Assembly: GCA_963749705.1 (NCBI GenBank)
Contig: CAVVNQ010000018.1
Location: 64,001-128,000 of the forward strand
Origin: an uncultured Chloroflexia bacterium
GTDB lineage: Bacteria > Chloroflexota > Limnocylindria > Limnocylindrales > CSP1-4
DNA: 64,000 nucleotides
Direction of reading: 5' to 3'
Position 1 is the stretch's first letter, and every line of letters starts with the position of its first letter. The notes beneath the pieces are model-generated. The model ran no database searches, was not told the origin of the DNA, and saw only the letters and a list, made by a program, of their open reading frames with translations. Shown piece by piece: positions 10,162-19,986 of the stretch. Made by a program: the position numbers and the translations under genes.

Positions 10162-11351
10162 TGGGCCTCCTCAAGTCGCTGACCCGGATGCTGTCCTTCG
10201 TCGGCAAGGAGATCGTCGAGGTCTTTCGCCGTCCGGGCGCGATCATCAGCCTGATCCTCGGGCCGTTCCTGATCCTGGCCCTGTTCGGCCTCGGCTACAG
10301 CGGGTATCGGCGGCCGCTCCAGACCGTCATCGTCGTGCCCCCCGGCTCGGGGCTGCCGACCGATGTCGGGTCATACAGCGAGATGTCGGGGCCGGGCATC
10401 GAGATCGCGGCGGTGACCCAGGACCGGGCCGGCGCGGAAGCCGAGCTGGCCGACCGCCGGGTCGATCTCGTCGTCATCGCCCCGGCCGACCTCGAGCAAC
10501 GGTTCCGGTCGAACCAGCAGACTGCCATCGACGTCGAGTACAACTTCGTGGACCCCGTCCAGGCCAACTACGCCTCGTTCATGGCCCTCCGCCTCCAGGA
10601 CGAGGTCAACCGCACGATCGTGGAGCGAGCCGTCGCCGAGGGCGAGCAGTACGCGATCAGCCGCGGCGCCGGGCAGGCGAACCAGATCGACCCGCAGGTG
10701 ATCGCGGAGCCGACCCGGGCCAAGCCGGTCAACGTGGCTCCCACCGATCCCAACGTGGTGTCGTTCTTTGGCGCGGCGGCCCTGGCCCTCATCCTCCAGC
10801 ACATGGCGGTGACCCTCATCGCGCTGTCGCTCACCCGGGAACGGTTGTCGGGGGTCAAGGAGATCTTCCGGGTCGCGCCGGTCCACACGCTCGAGATCGT
10901 CCTCGGCAAGCTGCTCGCGTTCGGCATCCTGAACGCCGTGGTGGCGGGAACGACGATCGCGCTGCTCGTCGGGGTGCTGGGCGTGCCGCTGCTGGGCGAC
11001 ACGAGCCTGCTCGTCCTGGTGGTCGGGCTCCTCATCCTCGCCTCGCTGGGCGTCGGCCTGATCGTGTCGCTGGTCTCGGATTCGGAGCGCCAGGCGGTCC
11101 AGCTGTCGCTGCTGATCCTGCTGGCCTCGGTGTTCTTCAGCGGGTTCGTGGTCGCGATCGAGGAGTTCACCCCGTTCCTCCACGACCTCGCCTACGCCCT
11201 GCCGGTGACCCACGGCATCCGCCTCATCCAGGACGTGATGCTCCGCGGCAGCACGAACGTGCCGTGGGAGATCACGGCCCTGGGCATCATCGCCGGCGTG
11301 CTCCTGCTGAGCTCGTGGCTGCTCCTCCGGCGCGACATGAGCCGGGTGTGA
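10161..11351 (+). CDS. ABC-2 permease with large extracellular domain (YbhR/S-like)
   Basis: One N-terminal TM, soluble loop, five C-terminal TMs with RERLSG and FFSGF. Confidence 0.85.
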   Translation: MGLLKSLTRMLSFVGKEIVEVFRRPGAIISLILGPFLILALFGLGYSGYRRPLQTVIVVPPGSGLPTDVGSYSEMSGPGIEIAAVTQDRAGAEAELADRRVDLVVIAPADLEQRFRSNQQTAIDVEYNFVDPVQANYASFMALRLQDEVNRTIVERAVAEGEQYAISRGAGQANQIDPQVIAEPTRAKPVNVAPTDPNVVSFFGAAALALILQHMAVTLIALSLTRERLSGVKEIFRVAPVHTLEIVLGKLLAFGILNAVVAGTTIALLVGVLGVPLLGDTSLLVLVVGLLILASLGVGLIVSLVSDSERQAVQLSLLILLASVFFSGFVVAIEEFTPFLHDLAYALPVTHGIRLIQDVMLRGSTNVPWEITALGIIAGVLLLSSWLLLRRDMSRV

Positions 11352-12199
11352 CGGAGGCGCCCGGGGACCTCCTCGCGATCGGGCCGCGCGACCGGCGCCG
11401 CCTGGGTGTCGCGCTCACCGTCTATGGCATGGCCGGGGTCCTGGTCGTCCTGCTCGGGGGCGGCGTCGTCCTGGGCTCGCTGTCCGGTGTCAACGGGCTG
11501 GCCGATACCCTGGAGACCGAGCGGAGCGCGATCATCGACACCATGAACGCCGCCACCGACACCCTCGATGGTGCCGCGACATCGACCCGGGGGTTCGCGA
11601 CCTCGCTCGACGGGACTCGCCGCACGGCAGCCGACGGGGCCAGCCTCACCCGCGACTTCGCCACGACGCTCGACCAGGCGAGCGCCACGATGGACGTCTC
11701 GATCCTGGGCAGCCAGCCGTTCGCCTCCGTCGCGGCGGGCTTCCGCCACACGGCCGAGCAATCGAGGGCGCTGGCCGACCAGCTCGACGCGGCCGCCGTC
11801 ACGCTCGATCGCAACGTCTCGGACGTGAGCGTCCTGAGCGACCGGATCGCGACGCTGCGCGGGCGCATGGCCGACCTGCGCGACTCGCTCCGGGCGGCCG
11901 GGCCGTTCGAGAACCCGCTGGGCCCGTCGCCGGTCGTCCTGCTGGCGTTGCTCGGCTGGCTGCTGCTGCCGGCGGTCGCCAGCCTCGTGGCGGGATTGCG
12001 GCTGCTGCGGCCGCCCGTGGTGAGCGGCGCGACCGTGGTCGTCGAGCCGCCGGCCGGGGCGACGGTGATCGTGGAGCCGCCGGCCGGAGGAACGGCCGGG
12101 CACGTCGAGACCGTGCGCACGATGGACACGACCCGCTCGGGCGCGCGCGATGATCGCGCTGACGAGCGCACCCGCGACGACGGCGGTTCCCCGACCTGA
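11348..12199 (+). CDS. Hypothetical two-TM membrane protein with helical/coiled-coil loop
   Basis: GTGA overlap with the permease; two hydrophobic segments flanking an Ala/Thr/Asp-rich helical region. Confidence 0.65.
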   Translation: MTEAPGDLLAIGPRDRRRLGVALTVYGMAGVLVVLLGGGVVLGSLSGVNGLADTLETERSAIIDTMNAATDTLDGAATSTRGFATSLDGTRRTAADGASLTRDFATTLDQASATMDVSILGSQPFASVAAGFRHTAEQSRALADQLDAAAVTLDRNVSDVSVLSDRIATLRGRMADLRDSLRAAGPFENPLGPSPVVLLALLGWLLLPAVASLVAGLRLLRPPVVSGATVVVEPPAGATVIVEPPAGGTAGHVETVRTMDTTRSGARDDRADERTRDDGGSPT

Positions 12200-12272
12200 C
12201 CGGCGATCCCGGACGCGGCCGGCGCGTCCCGCGGGGCCCGGGCGGCGAGGTCCCGATAGACTCTGTGATCGC

Positions 12273-13385
12273 ATGACCACCGAACGCGATTTCTACGAGG
12301 TGCTGGGCGTCGAGCGGGGGGCCGCCGACGGCGAGATCAAGCGCGCCTTCCGGCGGCTGGCCCAGCAGTGGCACCCGGATGTCAGCCAGGAGGCCGAGGC
12401 CCAGGAGCGGTTCAAGGAGATCAACGAGGCCTACCAGGTCCTGTCCGATCCGCAGCGCCGGCAGGCATACGACATGTTCGGTCGGGCCGGGGTCAGCGGT
12501 GCCGGTGGCGACGGCGGGTTCGGCGCCGGCTTCGGTGGGTTCTCGGACATCTTCGACGCCTTCTTCGGCGGCTCGGCGGCTGGCGCCGCGCGGCGTGCGC
12601 GTCCGCAGACCGGCTCCGACCTGCGCTACGACCTCCGGATCACGTTCGAGGAGGCCGTGCTGGGAACGGAGAAGGAGATCGAGTTTCCGGTCCTCGGGCC
12701 GTGCGACACGTGCGGCGGAACGGGGGCGAAGGCCGGGTCGAGCCCCGTCCAGTGCCCACAGTGCAACGGGCGCGGCGAGATCCGGTCGGTTCGCCAGACG
12801 ATGCTCGGCCAGATGGTCAACGTCGCCGCGTGCCCGCGCTGTCGCGGCGAGGGCAAGATCATCGAGGAGCCGTGCGACACGTGCCATGGCGAGGGTCGGA
12901 CCGAGCGGCGGCGGACGCTGCGGGTTGCGATCCCGGCGGGCATCGACGAGGGCCACCAGATCCGGCTGACGAACGAGGGCGAGGTCGGACCCCGTGGCGG
13001 CGCCCCCGGCAGCCTGTACGTGGCCGTCCACGTGGCGGCGCACCCGTCGCTGTCGCGCGAGGGGACCGAGCTGTACCACGAGGTCGACCTGTCGATCGCC
13101 CAGGCGGCGCTGGGCACCAAGGTCGACGTCCCCACGGTCGACGGCGAGCCCGCCGAGGTCGAGATCAAGGCCGGCACGCAGCCCGGGACGGAGATCCGGC
13201 TGCGCGGACGCGGCGTCCCGCACCTGCGCCGCCGCTCGGTACGCGGCGACCTCCACGTGATCGTCAACGTGAGCGTCCCGACCAGGCTGTCCAAGCGGCA
13301 GCGCGAGCTGCTCGAGGCGTACGCCAAGGAGTCGGGCGACAGCGTGTCGCCCGCCGGCGGGTTGCGCGAGAAGCTGGGCCTGTAG
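12273..13385 (+). CDS. dnaJ: Chaperone DnaJ
   Basis: J-domain HPD, G/F-rich region, four CxxCxGxG repeats. Confidence 0.97.
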   Translation: MTTERDFYEVLGVERGAADGEIKRAFRRLAQQWHPDVSQEAEAQERFKEINEAYQVLSDPQRRQAYDMFGRAGVSGAGGDGGFGAGFGGFSDIFDAFFGGSAAGAARRARPQTGSDLRYDLRITFEEAVLGTEKEIEFPVLGPCDTCGGTGAKAGSSPVQCPQCNGRGEIRSVRQTMLGQMVNVAACPRCRGEGKIIEEPCDTCHGEGRTERRRTLRVAIPAGIDEGHQIRLTNEGEVGPRGGAPGSLYVAVHVAAHPSLSREGTELYHEVDLSIAQAALGTKVDVPTVDGEPAEVEIKAGTQPGTEIRLRGRGVPHLRRRSVRGDLHVIVNVSVPTRLSKRQRELLEAYAKESGDSVSPAGGLREKLGL

Positions 13386-14389
13386 TGCCCGACGACCCGC
13401 TCGCGGGGATCGACCTCGGCGCGGCGGCGGTCCCGGGCACGTGGCTGGAGCTGTCGGTCGCCGCGGACCACGAAGCCGTCGAGGCGGTGTCGGAGATCCT
13501 GGCCCGGGCGGCCCCCGGCGGCACCAGCGTTGAGCCCGCGTTCGAGCTGGTCGAGGACGGGCTTGCGGCACGGGTGGACCTCGCCCGCCCCGCGCTGGTC
13601 CGCGCCCATCTCCCGATCCTCGATCCGGCCACGGTCCGGGCGGCCGTCGAGCGGGCCGAGCGCGACCTGGGCCACCTCCAGGCATTCGGGTTGCGGCCGA
13701 TCGGCGACCTCACGGCCCGGGTGATCCTCGAGGCGGACTGGGCGAACGCGTGGAAGGCGAACTTCCCGGTGCTCCGGATCGGCCGCCGGATCGTGATCCG
13801 TCCGACCTGGCGACGGCACCGGCGGCAGCCCGATGACGTGGTGCTCGCGCTCGATCCGGGGATGGCGTTCGGGACGGGGCTCCATCCGACGACCCGGCTG
13901 TGCCTGGCGGCGCTCGAGTCGCTCGCCGACCGGGGGTTGCTCTCCGGGGCTGGCAGCGGCGGGTCGGGTGGCCGGCCCGCACGCGTGCTCGACGTGGGCT
14001 CGGGGTCCGGGATCCTGTCGATCGCCGCGGCCAGGCTCGGCGCCGGCTCCGTGCTCGCGGTCGACGTGGACCCGATCGCGGTCGCCGCCACGACGATCAA
14101 CGCGCGTCGCAACCGGCTGGCTCGCGTCATCCGCGCCCGTGCGGGGAGCTCGCCCAGCGGCGAAGACCCGTTCGACCTCGTGCTCGCCAACCTGATCGCC
14201 TCGCTGCTCATCGCGCTCGCCGACGGCCTGGTCGAGGACCTCCGTCCGGGCGGCACGCTGCTGGCGTCGGGCATCTTCGAGAACCGGGAGGCGGAGGTCC
14301 GAGCCGCATTCGAGGCGCGCGGGCTGTCGATCGTCGATCGATGGGTCGAGGGCGACTGGATCGCGCTCGAGGTGCGCCGCCCGCGCTGA
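13385..14389 (+). CDS. prmA: Ribosomal protein L11 methyltransferase
   Basis: DPGMAFGTGLHPTT, LDVGSGSGIL, ANL; directly after dnaJ. Confidence 0.93.
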   Translation: MPDDPLAGIDLGAAAVPGTWLELSVAADHEAVEAVSEILARAAPGGTSVEPAFELVEDGLAARVDLARPALVRAHLPILDPATVRAAVERAERDLGHLQAFGLRPIGDLTARVILEADWANAWKANFPVLRIGRRIVIRPTWRRHRRQPDDVVLALDPGMAFGTGLHPTTRLCLAALESLADRGLLSGAGSGGSGGRPARVLDVGSGSGILSIAAARLGAGSVLAVDVDPIAVAATTINARRNRLARVIRARAGSSPSGEDPFDLVLANLIASLLIALADGLVEDLRPGGTLLASGIFENREAEVRAAFEARGLSIVDRWVEGDWIALEVRRPR

Positions 14390-14468
14390 TGGCCACCGGC
14401 GCCGCCTGCGCTACGATCGTCAGCCCACGCCGCCGTCCTGTCGCTCCGCGGCGTGAACCACAGAGCCG

Positions 14469-14957
14469 ATGCCCGACCTGACCCCGCTGTTCCCCGTCGT
14501 CCTGGCCACGCACATCACGCTCGCGATCGCGCTGTTCGTGCCCAGCCTGCTGCTGCCGTTCACGCTGCGCAACCGCTCGGTGGCGGTCGGGTACGACGCG
14601 CCGGCACCCGGCCGGTTCGTGCGCATCCTGCTGTGGATCCAGGCCCACGGCACGGTCGCGATCGGTGCCGGGCTGGCCCTGACCGGCGTCGCCCTGATCG
14701 GTGTCCTCGGGCCCCGGATGCTCGAGCAGGGCTGGCTGCTGCTGAGCCTGGCCACGTACGCGGTGACGGCGGCTATCGCCTACGCGGTCCAGCGCCCGGG
14801 CCTCCGGCGCCTGGCCGGGCGCCAGGGGATCCGCACCGATGCCGACCGCGAGCTGTGGCGAGCACGGGCGCGGCGCCAGCGGTATGTCGCCTACGGGATC
14901 ACCTCGGCCGTCGGGCTGATCGCGTTCCTGATGTCCACCAAGCCCGAGCTGTGGTGA
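14469..14957 (+). CDS. Four-TM membrane protein (DUF2269-like)
   Basis: N-terminal LATHI, four hydrophobic helices, C-terminal LMSTKP. Confidence 0.65.
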   Translation: MPDLTPLFPVVLATHITLAIALFVPSLLLPFTLRNRSVAVGYDAPAPGRFVRILLWIQAHGTVAIGAGLALTGVALIGVLGPRMLEQGWLLLSLATYAVTAAIAYAVQRPGLRRLAGRQGIRTDADRELWRARARRQRYVAYGITSAVGLIAFLMSTKPELW

Positions 14958-16462
14958 GCGAGCCGATGGTCGCGCCCCGGGCCGCCGCGATCGTCAATCT
15001 CGGCTGCAAGGTCAACCAGTCCGAGATGGAGGCGGCGGCGCGGCTGCTCCGCCAGGCAGGTGTGCCGCTGGTGAGCCCGGACCGGGCGGCGGACCTGTAC
15101 CTCGTCAACACCTGCACGGTCACGTCGATCGCCGACGAGAAGTCGCGCGCCGCGGTCCGGCGCGCGCGCCGCGCGAACCCCGACGCCCGGATCGTCGTGA
15201 CCGGCTGCTCGGTCCAGGTCGGGCCGGACGCGTTCGCGGCCGTCGACCCCGACGCACGGCTCGTCGGCAACGACGCGAAGGCCGGGCTGCTGGACGAGCT
15301 CGAGGCGCTCGTCCGCCTGGGTGGCGCCGATGGCACCGCGCACGGACCGCTCGATGCGGCGCTGCCGACGCTGTCGGGGGTCGAGGTGGCGGCCGGCGGG
15401 ATCGATGGCATCGACGGCATCGCGGACGACCGCGCGTCCGTGGAGCGGACCCGCGCGTTCGTCAAGGTCCAGGACGGCTGCTCGTTCTACTGCACGTACT
15501 GCATCATCCCGCGGGCTCGAGGACCGGAGCGATCGCTTGCTCCCGACATCGTCCTGGCCGACGTCCGCCGGGCGCTCGCCGCGGGGCACCGCGAGATCGT
15601 GCTCACCGGGATCAACATCGGGACCTACGACGGCGGCTGGTCCGAGCGTGGCAGCCGCGGGTCGCATGTCCGGTCGGCGCTGACCCTGGCGGGCCTGGTC
15701 GAGCGGATCCTCGGCGAGACGCCGGTCGAGCGGATCCGGCTGAGCTCGATCGAGCCGCAGCACGTGGATGACGCCCTGCTCGACGTGTGGGCCGCCGGCG
15801 CGCCGCGGACGCTGCCGCACCTCCACCTGCCGCTCCAGAGCGGCGACGACGGCGTGCTCCACCGGATGGGTCGTCGGTATGCGTCCGCCGACTACGCACG
15901 GATCGTCGAACGTGCCCGCGCCGCAATCCCGGGCGTCGCGGTCCACGCGGACGTGATCGCGGGCTTCCCGACCGAGGACGACGCGGCGTTCGCGCGCACC
16001 GTTGCCTTCGTTCGTCGCCTCGAGCTTGCGGGGCTCCACGTGTTCCGGTACTCGGCCCGGCCGGGAACCCCGGCGACGCGGATGGCCGGCCAGGTGGACG
16101 AGCGGACCAGGAAGGCGCGCGCCGCCGAGCTGCTCGCGGTCGCGGCCGAGGCGCGCGCCGCGTTTGCCCGCGGCCGCATCGGGACCACGTCGCGCGTGCT
16201 GGCCGAGTCGCGCCTGCCCGACGGCCGCTGGGTCGGCCATGCCGAGGACCACGTGCTGGTCGCGGTCACCCCGCGCGCCGGCGATCCCGCGGACCTCGAG
16301 AATGCGATCCTCACCGTGCACCGGGCCGCGGTCGACGGCGAGGTCGCGCAGCGACTGGTCGGCGAGATCCGGGCGATCAGCCCGGCGGCGCGGCCGGTGC
16401 GGGCGGCATTGCCGGTCGTGGCCGCCGCCGCGACATCGACTGGAGGACTCCATGCCCGCTGA
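14954..16462 (+). CDS. mtaB: tRNA t6A37 methylthiotransferase (radical SAM)
   Basis: LGCKVNQSE, VNTCTVT, KVQDGCSFYCTYC; prmA-mtaB-HIT context. Confidence 0.9.
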   Translation: MSEPMVAPRAAAIVNLGCKVNQSEMEAAARLLRQAGVPLVSPDRAADLYLVNTCTVTSIADEKSRAAVRRARRANPDARIVVTGCSVQVGPDAFAAVDPDARLVGNDAKAGLLDELEALVRLGGADGTAHGPLDAALPTLSGVEVAAGGIDGIDGIADDRASVERTRAFVKVQDGCSFYCTYCIIPRARGPERSLAPDIVLADVRRALAAGHREIVLTGINIGTYDGGWSERGSRGSHVRSALTLAGLVERILGETPVERIRLSSIEPQHVDDALLDVWAAGAPRTLPHLHLPLQSGDDGVLHRMGRRYASADYARIVERARAAIPGVAVHADVIAGFPTEDDAAFARTVAFVRRLELAGLHVFRYSARPGTPATRMAGQVDERTRKARAAELLAVAAEARAAFARGRIGTTSRVLAESRLPDGRWVGHAEDHVLVAVTPRAGDPADLENAILTVHRAAVDGEVAQRLVGEIRAISPAARPVRAALPVVAAAATSTGGLHAR

Positions 16463-16796
16463 CTGCCTGTTCTGCAAGATCATCAGCGGCGCGATCCCGG
16501 CCACCAGGGTTCACGAGGATGACCTGGTCGTCGCGATCCGGGACATCAACCCCCAGGCGCCGACCCACCTGCTGCTGATGCCGGTCAGCCACATCGGCTC
16601 CGCCGCGGACCTGACCGAGGACGACGCGCCGCTGCTCGGACGCCTGTTCGCCGTCGCCGCCGACCTGGCCCGCGCGGAGGGTCTCGACGGCGGCTGGCGG
16701 CTCGTCAGCAACGTGGGTCCCGACGGCGGGCAGACGGTCGACCACCTGCACGTCCACCTCCTCGGCGGCCGGTTCATGACCTGGCCGCCCGGATGA
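16452..16796 (+). CDS. hinT: Histidine triad nucleotide-binding protein
   Basis: CLFCKI, GQTVDHLHVHLLGG, WPPG; GGAGG RBS. Confidence 0.93.
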   Translation: MPADCLFCKIISGAIPATRVHEDDLVVAIRDINPQAPTHLLLMPVSHIGSAADLTEDDAPLLGRLFAVAADLARAEGLDGGWRLVSNVGPDGGQTVDHLHVHLLGGRFMTWPPG

Positions 16797-17416
16797 CGGC
16801 CGGCTCGTCCGCGCCCGGCTCGCCCGCGCCCGGCGGCGACGGCGCCGCGCGCGCCGATGGTGCGTCGCCGGCCGCGAGCGGCGGTCCGCCGCTGTGGTTC
16901 GCCGCGCTCGGGATCGGCGGGCTGGTCCTGGCCGTCCTGCTGATCGCGGCCCAGACGCTCGGGATCGGCGCCGGCGGCGAGGCGGCGCAGGCCACGATGC
17001 CGCCGACCGGTGAGGCTGCGCAGAAGACCCACGACCTGCTCGTGAGCACCCTCGCCGCCGCCTCGTTCCAGGTCGTCGACCCGCAGACCCCGTACCGCCC
17101 CGGCGAGAGCCCGGAGCTCATCGACGTCCCGCGCCGGTTGCTCCAGGTCGTGCTCCCGTCGGACCCGACGGGCGGCTACATCGTGATCTACGAGCTGCCA
17201 TCCAACGGTGAGGCGGACCGCGTCGGGCGTGATCTCGCCGACTACCTCGCGGGCGGGCCGGGTGCGATCCAGTACCCCCGGGACGCGCAGTTCGTGATCC
17301 GGCGCGTCGGCGCCACGCTCGTGTTCTTCCCCTGGTCGCCGTCGGTGAGCCCGGATCCCGAGGTCGCTCGTCTCGCGGCGACGCTCGAGGCCGTGGGGGT
17401 TGCGGTCGGTCCTTGA
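16793..17416 (+). CDS. Hypothetical membrane-anchored protein
   Basis: ATGA overlap with HIT, single TM, host-like codon usage. Confidence 0.7.
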   Translation: MTAGSSAPGSPAPGGDGAARADGASPAASGGPPLWFAALGIGGLVLAVLLIAAQTLGIGAGGEAAQATMPPTGEAAQKTHDLLVSTLAAASFQVVDPQTPYRPGESPELIDVPRRLLQVVLPSDPTGGYIVIYELPSNGEADRVGRDLADYLAGGPGAIQYPRDAQFVIRRVGATLVFFPWSPSVSPDPEVARLAATLEAVGVAVGP

Positions 17417-17438
17417 TCGGGAAGCTAGACTCCCGGCC

Positions 17439-17894
17439 ATGAGCGAGTCGTTCCGCGCCACCATCCAGCAGACGGGCAAGACCGCATGCGGGATCGAGGT
17501 CCCCGAGACCATCGTCCGTGCCCTCGGCGGCAGCCGACGCCCGGCCGTCGTGGTGACCCTCGACCGCTACACGTACCGGTCAACGGTGGCGCCGATGAGC
17601 GGCGGCTACTGGGTCGGGGTCAACGCCGACCATCGCGAGGCATCGGGTCTCAAGGCCGGCGACGAGGTCAAGGTGACGCTCGCCCTGGACACCGCGCCGC
17701 GCGAGCTCGAGGTGCCGCCCGAGCTGGCAGCAGCGCTGGACGCCGATCCCGCGGCGAAGGCGTTCTTCGACGGGCTCTCGTACAGCAACAAGCGCGTGTT
17801 CACGCTCAGCGTGGAAGGAACGAGCAACCCCGAGACGAAGGCTCGCCGCGTCGCCAAGGCGATCGCGCTGATGCGCGCGGGCCGCGTCCGGTAG
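17439..17894 (+). CDS. DUF1905 / YdeI-OmpD-associated family protein
   Basis: GIEVP...YRSTVAPM...AGDEV...AFFDGLSYS...ETKARRVAKAI pattern. Confidence 0.85.
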   Translation: MSESFRATIQQTGKTACGIEVPETIVRALGGSRRPAVVVTLDRYTYRSTVAPMSGGYWVGVNADHREASGLKAGDEVKVTLALDTAPRELEVPPELAAALDADPAAKAFFDGLSYSNKRVFTLSVEGTSNPETKARRVAKAIALMRAGRVR

Positions 17895-17895
17895 T

Positions 17896-18018
17896 CGCGC
17901 CCGGGCTGCTCGCGCCGACGTGCCCGGCGCGCCCGGGCTGCTCGCGCCCATCGCGCCCGTTACGCCGGTCGCCCCACCGCACCGGTCGCGCCCGGGCTTC
18001 CCGCGCCCATCGCGCCCG
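17896..18018. repeat. Three degenerate direct repeats CGCGCCCGGGCT(GCT/TCC)CGCGCC
   Basis: Copies at 17896-17916 and 17928-17948 (identical) and 17987-18007. Confidence 0.7.
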
Positions 18019-18177
18019 AAATGGTCAATCAGCACCCAGGCGCATGCTCGGGATGAACCCGGCGCAGGATCGGGGCCCGGGAGTCGCGTGGGTGGTATCT
18101 GTCCCAGGAACGGCGCGAGTCGGACCAGGTTCGGCGCCGACCAGCCGCGTGCGTGCTATCTGACGCAAATCGGCGAG

Positions 18178-18215
18178 GCCACGCCGGGGAAGCCACGCCG
18201 GGGAAGCCACGCCGG
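18178..18215. repeat. 14-bp tandem repeat GCCACGCCGGGGAA, about 2.7 copies
   Basis: Read directly from the sequence. Confidence 0.8.
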
Positions 18216-18227
18216 CCAGGGCGTGCG

Positions 18228-19922
18228 CTACGCGCGCGACCCCTGCATCGGCGCCTGCTCCTCGACCGCCGCCCAGGCACGAACCTGATCGCGCCTGACC
18301 TTGAACGTGTGCGTCCGTGGGAAGTCCGGCTCGGGCCACAGGCGCCAGCCCTCGATCCGCTGGTTGGGGCCGAGCGACCGGTTCGCCTCCTTGATCACCG
18401 CGGCGATCTCTGAACGCAGCGGGTCGTCGCCGCCGGGCGCCGCCGCCCCAGCCGTGCCTGCCCCGGCCGTCCCTGCCCCGGCCCCCGCGTCGGCCGGGAG
18501 CCGCCCAACCGGCGCCAGCACCACGACCTCGATCCGCCCGGGCTTCGTCTCGAGCGCCACGGAGTCGCGGACGCCGGCCACGCGCAGCGCGTTCTCGATG
18601 TCCTCGGGGAACACGTTGAACCCGTTGGGCAGGACGATGATGTCCTTCTTGCGGCCGTGGAGGTGAAGCCGGCCCTGCGCGTCGACCTGGCCCAGGTCGC
18701 CGGACCGGTACCAGCCGTCGGCGGTGAACGCCTCGGCCGTGGCCTCCGGGTTCTCCCAGTAGCCCTTGAACAGGTTCGGGCCGGCGAACTGGATCTCGCC
18801 GTCGTCGGCGATCCGCATCCTGACCGGCTCCGGCGGCCAGCCGACGCAGCCCGGCGGATGGTCGGCCATCGTCGTGCAGCAGCCAGCCGCCGTCTCGGTC
18901 GAGCCGTAGCCCTGGAGCACGATCACGCCCATGTCCTCCCACGCCTGCTGGAGGGCAGGCGGCAGGAACGCCCCGGCGCACGCGAACAGCCGCAGGCCGC
19001 CGCCGAACTGCCGGTGCACGCTGCCGAACAGGAGCCGGCGCGCCCACATCGGCAGCCGGCGCGCGATCCGCCGCAGGCGCTCGAACGACGCCGTCCGGCC
19101 CTGCTTCGCAACCTCGCGCTCGATCGCGCTCCAGAACAGGTCCAGCAGCTGGGGCACCAGCAGCATCGTCGTGACCCGGTGGTCGTGGAGCGCCTCGAAG
19201 ATGACCCGCGGGTTGCGGCTTCGCACGTACAGGATGTCGGCGCCGACATCGAGCGCGTAGTACAGCGACACCGCCTGCTCGAGCGAGTGGGACAACGGCA
19301 GCAGCGACACCAGCCGGTGCTCCATCGGCTTGATGATCCCGTGGAACGACCGGACGCCGGCCAGCACGTTGTCGTGGGCGAGCATCACGCCCTTGGGATT
19401 GCCGGTCGTGCCCGAGGTGAACACGAGCTCGAACACCTCGTCGGGACGCGGGCGAGGCCAGGCGGCGACCTGCGCCTCCCAGTCGGGCGGGAAGGTGTCA
19501 TCGGGCTCGAGCGACAGGTCGTCCACGATCGTGGTCGGGAACGCCTCGAGCCCCACCTCGGCCGGGTCGCCGGCGTCGCGACCGCTGCCCAGCGCGAGAT
19601 GCACCGCGCCCGACACCTCGACGATCCGCCGGATCGTGTCCGGGGCCATCCGGGCGTCGAGCGGGACGAAGATCAGGCGCGCCATCATCGCGCCGAAGTA
19701 GGCCGCCGGCAACGCCGGCGTCGACGGCGACCACGTCAGCAGCCGGTCACCCGGCTGGAGCCCGATGGCGCGCAGCCGCCATGCCGCGATCCGGCTCCGC
19801 CGCAGCAGCTCGCGGTACGTCCAGTGGAACGTCGAGCCGTCGTCGCGGCGAAGACCCAGCGCCGGACGGTCGGCGTACCGCGCCGCGCTGGTCTCGAGGA
19901 GATCGACCAGGGTCTCCATCAT
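18228..19922 (-). CDS. Long-chain fatty acid-CoA ligase (AMP-binding)
   Basis: FTSGTTGNPKG, QGYGSTE, YRSGDLG, GRKKD. Confidence 0.9.
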   Translation of the reverse strand: MMETLVDLLETSAARYADRPALGLRRDDGSTFHWTYRELLRRSRIAAWRLRAIGLQPGDRLLTWSPSTPALPAAYFGAMMARLIFVPLDARMAPDTIRRIVEVSGAVHLALGSGRDAGDPAEVGLEAFPTTIVDDLSLEPDDTFPPDWEAQVAAWPRPRPDEVFELVFTSGTTGNPKGVMLAHDNVLAGVRSFHGIIKPMEHRLVSLLPLSHSLEQAVSLYYALDVGADILYVRSRNPRVIFEALHDHRVTTMLLVPQLLDLFWSAIEREVAKQGRTASFERLRRIARRLPMWARRLLFGSVHRQFGGGLRLFACAGAFLPPALQQAWEDMGVIVLQGYGSTETAAGCCTTMADHPPGCVGWPPEPVRMRIADDGEIQFAGPNLFKGYWENPEATAEAFTADGWYRSGDLGQVDAQGRLHLHGRKKDIIVLPNGFNVFPEDIENALRVAGVRDSVALETKPGRIEVVVLAPVGRLPADAGAGAGTAGAGTAGAAAPGGDDPLRSEIAAVIKEANRSLGPNQRIEGWRLWPEPDFPRTHTFKVRRDQVRAWAAVEEQAPMQGSRA

Positions 19923-19986
19923 CGAGCGATGCTAGCCCTGCGCGGAACCGCGTGCCGGCTAGGCCCGGAGCAGCATCATCGACCGT

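Noticed and set aside
17896-18215. Possible CRISPR array
   Set aside because: Repeats are short, degenerate and irregularly spaced, with no uniform spacers and no cas genes.
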